DNA from: Anthoceros angustus
Lineage: Eukaryota; Plantae; Anthocerotophyta
NCBI GenBank assembly: GCA_010909165.1
Contig: MU008192.1
Span: 124,001-188,000 of the forward strand
Reading direction: 5' to 3'
Length of the DNA: 64,000 nt
This document shows positions 13,120 through 23,399 of this stretch, piece by piece. A program made the position numbers and the translations under genes. Positions within the stretch are counted from its first letter, which is position 1; each line of letters starts with the position of its first letter. The notes beneath the pieces are model-generated. The model searched no databases. It was not told the DNA's origin and saw nothing but the letters and a program-made list of their open reading frames with translations.

Positions 13120-14300
13120 CTTTCCAGTGATTTCGCTAGCCCATCCGCATTGTGATGTACCTTGCCCCGCCTGCACGATCTCCATATCGACTGGGATAGC
13201 ACCACCTAGCTTACCACTCAACTTCATGTTGGTCATCAGCCAATGAAGTGGCTGGTGATCTGTGACCAGTTGAAAACGCCTTCCATACAGATAGACCCTG
13301 AAATGCAGAACTGCCCATACCGCAGCAAGACACTCTCCCTCATATGAGGAGTAGTTCACTTCAGCGGAGTTGTTAGATCGGCTTGCATAAGCTATCACTC
13401 GCTCAACACCATCTGCACCATGTTGTGACAACACCGCTCCAATTCCATGATGCTCCGATGCGTATGCAGTGAAAGGGTGATCAAAATTCCCGCCAAGATA
13501 GGCTTCTCCGCCAACCGGTCCTCAAGATCTTGCCAAGCCAACTCCTGGTCTTGGTCCCATTTCCACACAATGTCTTTCTTCAACAGTTCATACAGAGGTT
13601 TACACGTGAACCGATCCTTCATAAACCTCTGTAATAGTTCACCAAACCGGAAGGCTCTAAGAGCGGCATCCTTTGGTCTAGGCATTTGCATCACGGCTGC
13701 ACCTTAGCCACCGAGGCATGATGCCTCGGTACTATCTCATGCCCCGGATACTCGATCTGCTGGAAAGCAAACTTGCATTTCTTAGGATGAGCTTTCAAAC
13801 CTGAGCTTGACAGCCTCTGTAGCAATATCTCTAGATGCTCCATATGTTCTTCGATTGTCTCACTGAAGACCAGGATATCATCTATGTAGCAACGCACAAA
13901 TGGCAGCCCCTGCAGCTCTAGATCCGCAATTCTTTGGAAATATATAGAAGCATTTTTCAGCCCAAACGGCATTGTCTCCCACTCCCAAAGCTGGTCCTTC
14001 CCCCAGAAGGCTGTCTTGCACTTGTCCTGCTCTTCAATCACAATTTGGTTGAAGCCTGAGCGGAAGTCCAAGCTGGTAAAGAACTTTGCCTTACCTATGG
14101 CATCGAAAATCTCGTCTGGAGTAGGCATGGGGTACCGCTCCATAGGAGTCACCTCGTTTAGAGGTCGGTAGTCGCCACACATCCTCCTGTCCTTCCATTC
14201 ACCGTTCTCATCCTTCTTGAGCGGTAGGACCGCAGAAAGATATTGAGAGCTTGATTTTCTTATCAACCCCGCTTGAACAACTCTTGGCGTTTGTCAACAA
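13120..14300 (-). pseudogene. Ty3 reverse transcriptase and RNase H (frameshifted)
   Basis: RMCGDYRPLN, FFTSLDFRSGFNQI, KTAF, MPFGLKNA, CYIDDILVFS; VIAYASRSNNSAEVNYSSYEGECLAAVWAVLHFRVYLYGRRFQLVTDHQPL. Confidence 0.95.
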
Positions 14301-14639
14301 TCTCCCATTCTGAATCGAGGCGGTGCCTCCTCAAGACGGCTCTTCATGAGTCGTCACTACTTTGAACTTGATCTTCTCATACCGCCTACTCCTTCCAACC
14401 GAATGCAAAAGCACCCTTGTTTTTCTGAAGCATGTTGATGATTTTCTGGGCTCACATCTTCTGCAATGTGCCATACATGAACCTCTTTCGTCACACTCTT
14501 GGTGGACAGTTCAGTATCCACAGCGGCCATGCTGAATCTCTCCCGCAGCAGCTCGTCTTCCTCTGCCTTAGGAACCTCTTTATCCTGCAGTAGTTGGAGG
14601 GAAGGCTTTCGCTTCCCTTCGGCTTCTGCAAGTTGGAAC

Positions 14640-15530
14640 GCCAAGCCTGTGCTTACCAGCCACCTCAGACTGTACAAGTCAAATGCCTGTCCAAGCATCC
14701 TGCACCTTGCAGATTCTGTGATGCCCATGGTCTGAGTGTCCTTCTTGGCAAAGCCCATCGCTTGCTCGCGTTCCTCAACATTGAGCTCTCCAAGCTCATT
14801 CCCTTCAAATCCAGAATCACACCATCTCCTCCTGGCCTGAAGGCATAAGATTGCGGTGTGCTCACCAGAGTTGGCCATGCCCTTCCGGCTTCCCCTACTC
14901 GATTCACGTGGTAAAATGGCAACTTGTCCATCCTCTTCACTGTGAGCACCTTCCCAACTCTAGGATATCATCCACAACCTTCCGCTTGAGTTGTCAAATT
15001 CTGTCTTTGTCGAGCACCTCCGGTCCGACCACATTTGTCCAAGAATCGCCAAGCTGTGTGCATATGAGCCACCGCACGCGTCCATGATCAACTCATTGCC
15101 GAACCACGCCCGAATCTCTTCATACGGGCCCTAACGGACGCTTTGTCCATGGTCGCACACACATTCTCGAATGTACCAACATCGTGGATTCGCAACTGGA
15201 CTTCTCGCGTGATTCGTGCGAGCTCGCCGCCAACGAAACGCCTTCACCTTTGCCTCGCGCTGCCGAAAATGTCTTGCATTCCCATCCCGCGATCAAGATA
15301 TCCACCGGCTTGACAAGGCTTCTAGCCGCTTCCCAACCAGTTCACGTCAGGCAGCTGCCTCGACCCGAATCGCTTCTCGCCGAGTGTTGGATCTTGCGAA
15401 CACGAGGATTCGACCCTAGCGGCGAATCTTCTCATCCTTTTCCACGCAGTATATTGCCGTATCTTGACGCCACACCGCAACACCGCCTGTGCCATCGCCG
15501 ATTCCGAGCGAGCTCCAACAAATGGATGCC
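14640..15530 (-). pseudogene. Cytosine-5 DNA methyltransferase domain inside the Ty3 polyprotein (frameshifted in this sequence)
   Basis: Motifs in canonical order: I GIHLLEL..GIG (~15530-15500); II VLRCGVKIRQY.CVEKD; IV PVDILIAGWECKTFSAA.GKGEG (~15305-15240); VI FENV (~15170); VIII-like GSYAH....WTN (~15070-15030); IX EEREQAMGF (~14776-14750); X MLGQAFDL (~14700-14675). Confidence 0.8.
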
Positions 15531-15849
15531 TTGACCCACCTTCCATCGTACTAGAGCATCGCCGATGCGTCGATCTCCGACTTGGCGGGCCTCATACCGG
15601 ATCGACCTCTCGGGACATGTGTCCGTGAGATTCCACGGTCGATCCTCCTTCCTTCACTGGTTCTCGAACCTCGCTTGATCCAAATATTCGAGCGCACAAC
15701 CTTGAGCACACCCTTCTGCTCTCTTGGCTTGGCATCCGGAGAGGATAACTCTGCGTTTCCTCCCACATCTCATGTCGATGCTCACTCTGAGCACTGTGCG
15801 CAATCATGGCGCTGCCTGTCATCCTCGTCCTGCTCTTGCCACCACTCCT

Positions 15850-17712
15850 ATTCATCCTTAGAGGAATTCGTGCAACATGCGTGAAATCTCCTCTCCACCA
15901 GAATGGTCTGTAGAAAGCTTCAGCGTGCAAGGGATCAACCCCCATGGCAGGACGGTGAGTTCCGTCCGACCCCAGCAAGACATCATATGTCTTTGCACTG
16001 GTGACCAAACATCTCACTTCAATGATGCTGGCATCCTTCGTGCCAGGCTTCAATTCAATCTTCACGGGCCTCCTCGTCATTCCCAGTACCTGTTCCTTGG
16101 TACTGCAGAGGTGGTGATGTTCACGTCGCTCGGAACGAGCTTGTGTCCGTACAGCTTTAGTGCCTCCTGCACTCGTGCTCCCAGCAGTACCGGATCCGCT
16201 CCAGTGTCTACAAGTACGTTTACTGGAGCATAGCCATCAAAGGTCACGTGCCGTCCCGTGTTATCAATCATGGCAACACCTCCTTCACCTCGCTCCTCTG
16301 GCATCAGATGCTCGCCACACAAACTGGCCATACTAGGAAGAGATCCTGCGGATTCAAGCTCCTTTCTCAGCCATTCTCGCATGATGTTTTTGAAGTTGTT
16401 GCCCTTCACTCCCAGATCCACAAGACTTACTGCAGGCACCTCCATGGCCTTGTCCAGCAACGCCTCAACGTCTCGACCGATCTTGACACCTTCGTGTCGT
16501 GGAGTTTTCCTCGACATGGCGGAAACTCTCGGCATCTTGGTCGATTCCCGTTCCGGCACTCCCTTCGCAGTGACGCCTTCACCAAAGTCAACAACAGCCC
16601 TTTTCTTTTCTTGCGCACCGCCATCATGCCAAACGCCTCATCTTCATCAGAGTCAGAGAACAAAATCCTCTGCTCTGTTCTACTGGCCATGTTGGCCATC
16701 TCCTTCTTGAGCTCCTCCACTTGCCCGAGGAGAGCCTTACGACTTGGGCCCTTGCCCTTCTCCTTCTCAGCTGATGCAAGCTTGGGCTTCAGCTCTGGAT
16801 GAGCTTCCCAACACGCTGCCTCCATGTGACCCCATCTGCCACAAGACTTACAGGCTTCCTTGCCCTTCGGACCACCTGGCTTGTAGTCGCATTCGAACGC
16901 CTTGTGCGCTCCACGGCATCTGCCACACTTCACAGCTGCTTGACCTGCATTGTTAGCTGGCCTCTCCTTCGGCACATGTGGCTGCTTGCCATGTCCTGAG
17001 GATCGTGCTCCGATCTTGGTACCTTGGAACAAACTCGAATTCCGTGTCCTCCGGACCCGTCTTTGCGAAGGGCCCTTCACGACTCCGTGATCCTCCAAGT
17101 AAGCCGCCATCGCATCTCCTTTGAGCACCTTCTCGAATTTGATAGGCGCCTATCAACCGATATCTCTCTCCCATCGCTCCATGCCGAGTCCATCACCTTC
17201 CTTCTTTGTCTGGCAGGCAATGCTGCCATGAAGATCTCGGCAGCCTCCCTCATCGTCTTGACATCCGTGTCTTCCACCAGAACCTTCAATCTGAGGTAAG
17301 ATGCACGCAATGTCTCGTTAGGTCTGAAAGAAAACCTCGACAATTCCTGGATCTTTTCCAGCGAAGCTGTAGGAAACATGGTGGTTAACTTGGCGAACAT
17401 CAAGTCCACCAGATGCTCGAGCTTGTCCTCGTCGAGGGGTGCAATGAACCAGCCCTCTTGGCGCCTGCACCGCTTCTCTTCTCGGCCACCTTCGGGATCC
17501 CAGCCTTCTCATCTCTGTAATACATTAGAGCCTCACCCGCAAGGTAGGATGACATCTTCATGAACGCCATCCTCTGAGTGAACTCGTCCTTGTATTTCAT
17601 CTTGTTTTCCGCCATTGCCCAACGAAACTTCTCCTCGAAATCTGCAAGAGACATGCTTCCATGTTTTCCTGTGAAGACATCGTTCTTACTTGGTGTGAAC
17701 TCAAGCTCCATT
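15850..17712 (-). pseudogene. Ty3 gag (two zinc knuckles) and aspartic protease (frameshifted)
   Basis: CGRCRGAHKAFEC and CKSCGRWGHMEAAC knuckles; VNVLVDTGADPVLLG catalytic motif; YDVLLGSD protease C-terminal motif. Confidence 0.85.
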
Positions 17713-18237
17713 CTTGCACTCTCCGCCCAATCGCCAACTGTCTCCTTGTGATCGCGTTGTCTCGTATTGTTCGTGTCCTCTTGAATGGCGAGTAGTAGAC
17801 GCCGTGCACTTCTCCGATGAAGACGCAGTGTCCTTTCGTCACCCACCCCGATCTCGTGAACACCATCAATGGTTACTTCTCCTATGCGACCCTTTGCGGA
17901 TGTTGTCAAAGGCAAATTGTTCCACCGTTAGCCCAACCAGCTAGCCGTAAAAGTACATCCACCGCCTCTATCCACAAACCACCTCACGTATGCGTGCTCT
18001 TCTCCGCATCGCTAACTCGAATCGTGAGACTACCACACCTAAGCTGTATAATCAATGGCGAATTCCTGTCCATCAGAAAAACATCAGCCTATCTCTTAGT
18101 GTTGCCTTCGCAACACTCAACCTTCTCGGATCGCAGCTGTCTCCTGGGTTGGATGGTGGACGACTTCCGCCTCTTCCTCCAATCTCCAGCCACGCCTCCT
18201 CCAAGATCAGTATCTTAGTCCCCAACAAGAGGATTGT

Positions 18238-18849
18238 TGATGTGGTGAAATCAAGCTGGAAAATTCTCCCAACCTGACAATGCAACGAACCACAAGAACC
18301 TCTAGGAGACAAAGACACGGACAAGTATGGCTGTCTATTAGAACAAGACAAACATCAACAATCCAGAATCCATGGTGGGTGCCTACATATATAGGCAAAA
18401 CCCCGAGTTCTCGATGAAGTGTCCACCCATATCGATGGTGGGCACTTTATAATCCTACTTTCCTTGGCCTTCAAATAATAATATTTTATGTGTTTAACAG
18501 CCTATTCGTCCTTTTCCTCGATTTATGATTTTTATGTATTTTCTAATATAAATCTATCTATATATGCCATTGCACGCCTACATGCATATCCATGCATATA
18601 GATTGCATGCGCCATGACACATCACCTGCCACATGTCCACACTACATGTCATCCTTCACCTCCATACGATGCATACATGGCACACATGCATACATGGCAT
18701 ACATGTCATGTGCGAGGCCATCCATGGGCCATGTACATGACATCATCAAGCACTTCAAGATCGTGGCTTATGCCCGAGATGCTCCAACAAGATTCAGTCA
18801 TTTCAAAGATTCAGGCTTATGCCTGGATGCTCCGATCGATATCCGATCA
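18238..18849 (-). repeat. Possible solo-LTR-like block of another family
   Basis: TGAT...ATCA termini, a TATATA box on the minus strand (~18390), and an AT- and CATG-rich interior. No TSD found. Confidence 0.3.
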
Positions 18850-18893
18850 TAGAGTCTTAGGTGCTCTGTTTCCCATACAGCAACAGCATGACA

Positions 18894-20050
18894 AGGGTGT
18901 ATGTGTAGCAAGATCTAGGTTAGAGTCAGCTAAGTAGGACTAGGTTCTTAAAGACCTCGCGGAGGCGCATTTTTACAGGTGCCTCTTGCTAGGCCATGCC
19001 GGGGAGTATGCCAAGGTAGCCTGGGCCCTTCGTCCGCAGCCACTAGTGCCAGGCTCCGAGGAGACCATCGCTACTCTTCATGCCCTTCACCCGGATCCAA
19101 ATGTCCCGACTTCGCAAAAATATCTGGGAGTTTGTGGTGGAAGAGCCATTTTTTCTGGACAGGGCGGTTTTTGGTCGGGCTCTAACCATCGCAACGAGAC
19201 TTTCCTGGGGTGTTTTTCGAGAATGGTTTTTGACCACCTTCGGGAATAGTTTACGCTCGAGGATCCTTCTAGTAGTTTTTCTGAGCTTTTCATACTAGCA
19301 CTGCTGTGGCGAGGGGGCAAACCCCCCATCATATTTCTTAAGTATTGGGGGCTAGCGGGTTATTGGCTATGAAGAAGTCCACACCGGGGGTGCGCCTTAT
19401 AGTCGTGGAGAAGGAATTTTTACGGCTCATAAGTTGTAGCATCACCCTCGAGCTCCAATAGCAGTTTTAAGCTCATCTTAGTCCCCGTCAGTGTGGAATA
19501 GTTACTTCGGGGGGCTGTCAAAGCGGTTCTTGAGTCACATCCAAAACGGGTTGCCCTACAAGTCGATGTGGAAAATGCCTTCAACATTATCTCCGAAGCA
19601 GCCATTTTCAACGAGTTGAAGGATGCGAGCGGGCAGTTAGCAAGTCTTCTTCATTTTATTCGTTCTTTATGTGATTCTTTGTCTAACCTTTACTATCAGC
19701 ATGGTCCCTCAGTGGATGGTATCTCCATGTTTGACTCGGCTACAGACACTAGACAGGGGGATCTTATGGAGGGTGCCCTCTTTGCCATGACACACTTTAG
19801 GGCTATGTCCACAACTGCCTCCTCGGTGTGGGAATCTCTCATTCCGTCAATGGCAAATGACACTCATATCATATGGCTGGGGGGCAAGGTCAAGGGAGCT
19901 TTCGAAATCTTCTCCCTAAAGCTCTCCCGCCTTGGTTTGAAGGACAAGATTTTGAAGTGCAAGGTTTGATCCTCGTCAAGAGTTACGCCCTCTCTTCAAT
20001 ATCTGGAGGGGGCTATTGCTTTTTCGCAAGGACTCAGGAGTGGGTAGTGG
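18894..20050 (+). mobile_element. CRE-like non-LTR retrotransposon RT region (degenerate)
   Basis: RCLLLGHAGEYAKVAWAL; TLHALHP; GVRLIVVEKEFLRL; ALQVDVENAFNIIS; TRQGDLMEGALFAM; degenerate SMANDTHI at the YADD position; LSRLGLKDKILKCKV. Confidence 0.75.
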
Positions 20051-20221
20051 CCAGCCCTACAGCCCACGGCGTCAGTCTGTGACCTCTAAGGTTGGCCTCG
20101 CGCCGAGGAATCTCCCTCGAGCACCACCTGAGCTCCATTAGTGGACCATATCTCCCCCTCGCCGGATCACCCCATCTTGGCGGACCAGCCCAGCTCTCGC
20201 CGGACCTCTTCGGCACCCAAC

Positions 20222-23210
20222 GGACCAAGGGTTAGGGATTGCACTCTAAGTGCAATCCGGCCAAAGATGGTCCGATTGGCTAACTCCGCCCTATCCCTAT
20301 TAAAAAGTAACAACCCAAAAAAACAAAACAAGCATAAAACAAGCCGCCGGGGTTACGAATATCGGATTTGGCACTCTACAGCCTCTTATCCACATAGGCA
20401 AGGAAGGTTATGCCTCCTTTTTCCTTGTTCCTCGGGGATGGTCCAACCTCTGGTCTGTTCTCTTACGTGCTGCAGTGGTGGGCCCCCCTCGACGACTCTG
20501 GAACTTACCTAGCTCGCTATCCAACTGGCGGGCAGTGATCGCAACACATATTAACGCCGTCCGAGATGTCATGTTCTCAATGGCCAAAGAGAGCGGATTC
20601 TTGCCTTTCATGAAGCGCCCATACACATTACTCAATGGTGTGTCTCTCAGGGCTGATTTATTTTTGACTAGAGGGGACCAGGTCTAATAGACCACCGTCA
20701 CCGTCACTGCCACCGTCACCGTCACTGCCACCGTCACTTTGACGCACTCTGCCTGCCGCACTCGGACTTATTTTGCCTCCTCCGGAGCAGTTGCAGCATG
20801 AAGAAGGTTTTGGTGTGTCTACAGTCGAGAAGCTATGTCGTGAGCGTGCTCATGGAACCACATCAATAGGCTCAGCAGGTGTGGACTACGGACTTCCCTG
20901 GGGGGTTAGAAATTAGGTAGGATTTTGTTTTTTTTGGGAGCGAAGGATAAAATGAGGCGAAAAAGGGGAAATCAGCACGGTTAGCACTCGGACTCGGAGT
21001 ATACTCGACTCGGAGTGAGGCGTACCTAGGCCTACGATGGCGGCGACAAGGTAGCAGGATAAGTCCGGACCCACTCCGGGACCGAGGCGGGATAAAATGC
21101 AGTAACTTAGAAGTTGGGCGTAAGGGCGGACTAAGCGGCCACGTGGGCGACCACGAGTGGAGGGCGGGCATGCAGCGGTCAGACCGTAACCTTGCGAGGC
21201 CGTTATAGCGGTATTCACGCCATGATGCGCGGCGGCGTAGAAGTGCAGCGGCGTAAGGCGTGCAGCGGCGGCGTGGGGCAGTAAGCCATGCGAGACCTCG
21301 CGATTCTGGACGGGAAGGCGCCCTCCAGCCGGTTACTCCGGCGTGGTCGCGGAAGAAGGTCATTTCGCTGACCTCGAGACAATTCGCGATCTCTTGCGCT
21401 CCGATCCGGCTCTGGCGGTATCTCGTGGGACACTCGGGGCGTCTTGGCGCGGCTCACCGTTGAGGTCGGGCGGCGGTCAATAAGGAGGTGCGGTCCAAGA
21501 ACCTCGGGAGGAGGAGGCGATGGCACCCAAAAGCCCATGGAAGTTTGGGAGCCATGGAACCTTGTGGGCGCAACATTGTGACCCGCGCTATCCGGACTTT
21601 GGGCTCTGGCTCCGAGGCGGGAGGTGGTGCGGGAGTGGCATTTGGATGTGTTCGGATAGTGCGGACATTTGATGTCTGTCACAGGGGAGTTTGCGGAAGA
21701 TCTTGGCGGCGGTCAATAAGGAGGTGCGGTCAAGAACCTCGGGAGGACCAAGGGTTAGGGATTGCACTCTAAGTGCAATCCGCCAAAGATGGTCCGATTG
21801 GCTCTCATATCCTATTAAAAGTAACAACCCAAAAACAAAACAAGCATAAAACAAGCTGGGTTACGAATATCGGATTTGGCACTCTGACCTCTTATCCACA
21901 TAGGCAAGGAAGGTTATGCCTTTTCCTTGTTCCTGGGATGGTCCAACCTGTCCGTTTCTCTTACGTGCGCATGGTGGGCCCCCCTCGACTGAACTTACCT
22001 GGCTCGCTATCCAATCGGGCGCGATCGCACATATTAACGCCCGGCCCCGAGATGTCATGTTCTCAATGGCCAAAGAGGCTGATTCTTGCCTTTCATGAAG
22101 CGCCCATACACATTACTCAATGGTGTGTCTCTGGTGATTTATTTTTGACTAGAGGGGACCAGGTCTAATAGACCACCGTCACATCGCCACCGCCACCGCC
22201 ACCGCCACCGTCACTTTGACGCACCGCCCGGCCGACCGGACTTATTTTGCCCTCCCGAGCTGCTGCGACATGAAGAAGGTTTTGGTGTGTCTCTGAGAAG
22301 CTATGTCGTGAGCGTGCTCATGGAACCACATCAATAGGCTCAGCAGTGTGGACTACGGACTGGGTTAGAAATTAGGTAGGATTTTGTTTTTGTGGAGCGA
22401 AGGATAAAATGAGGCTAAAAAGGGAAATAAGACAAGTTAGCACTCGGACGCACTGAGTATACCGACTGGAGTGAGGAACGACCCCAGGCCTACGATGGCG
22501 GCGACAAGGTAACGGATAAGTCCGGACCCACCTGTGACCGCAGTGATAAGTACGCCTGTGGAAAGTAACTTAGAAGTTGGGCCGTAAGGACGACTAGGCG
22601 ACGCCACGTGGACGACCGAGTGGAGGACGGCATGCGCCGGGTCGACCGAACCTGCTGAGGCCGTTATAGCGGTATTCACGCCCGCGCCGCGCGCGGGGCC
22701 GAGTACGCGGGCGTAAGGCCGCAGTACGCCAGAGGGGCCGCAGTAAGCCATGCACCTCGCGCTACGGATGTGGAAGAGGCGCCCGCCGCGTTACTCAAGG
22801 CGTGGTCGCGGAGAAGGTGCGCAGCCTCGAGACAATTCGCGATCTCGCGCCCGCACCGCTCGGGCGGTATCTCGTGGGACACTCGGGGCGTCTTGGCTCA
22901 CCGTTGAGGTCGGAGAACGGCAAGAAGGCGAACGCGCCTCTCCAAGCGGCTACAGAACCAAGGAGGAGAAGGCGATGGCACCCAAAAGCCCGCGAAGTTT
23001 GGGAGCCATGGAACCTTGTGGAGCGCAACATTGTGACCCGCGCTATCCGGACTTTGGGCTCGCCCGTGAAGCGGGAGAATTGGTGCAGGAGTGGCATTTG
23101 GATGTGTTCCATGGTCCGACATTTGACGTGTCACCGTCCGGGAGTTTGCCCAAGATGTCAAGGGCGGTCAATAAGGAGGTGCGGTCCAAGAACCTCCGGA
23201 GGACCCAAGG
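20222..23210. repeat. ~1.5-kb tandem duplication (20222-21744 and 21745-~23210)
   Basis: Both copies start ggaccaagggttagggattgcactctaagtgcaatcc and run colinearly through the RLE fragment, the CACCGT/CACCGC microsatellite and a GC-rich tail. The copies differ by many small indels. Confidence 0.85.
20410..20830 (+). mobile_element. LINE C-terminal zinc knuckle and restriction-like endonuclease (RLE) fragment; second copy at ~21915-22300
   Basis: GMVQPL...PLDDSGTYLARYPTGGQ*IATH.NAVRDVMFSMAKESGF...GVSLRADLFLTRGDQV: degenerate CCHC, RHN/THD-like and RAD/RPD motifs. Confidence 0.6.
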
Positions 23211-23399
23211 CGATGGACCTTGAGGTCCCGAGGCGCCTACAACCGCCCCAAGGAGGAAGAGGGGGTGGTGCGGGCCCCTCAAGGCGAAGGGAAGATAGGG
23301 CAGCCACGGCTGGGCACAGGGCATAGCGGACCCTGGTTGGGCGATGTCAGGCACGGGACAGTCGAGTAGGCGGTGGCGGATCATTGTCCATCGGAACCT

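Larger units (their letters stand above)
9448..18893 (-). mobile_element. Ty3/gypsy LTR retrotransposon: gag-PR-DNMT-RT-RNaseH-INT-PHD plus extra 3' ORF
   Basis: Domain order is read from the minus-strand ORFs. Termini TGTC...GACA are flanked by AGGG on both sides (9444-9447, 18894-18897). A purine tract (CCCCCC on + strand, 9842-9847) abuts the left terminal block. A matching LTR pair could not be aligned. Confidence 0.8.

Noticed and set aside
9990-17712. Idea that in-frame stops are repaired by U-to-C editing or programmed frameshifting
   Set aside because: PPR-based editing is organellar, and the many scattered indels are better explained by decay or sequencing error.
20229-20237. GGGTTAGGG telomere-like word (also ~21752)
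   Set aside because: Single unit with no array.
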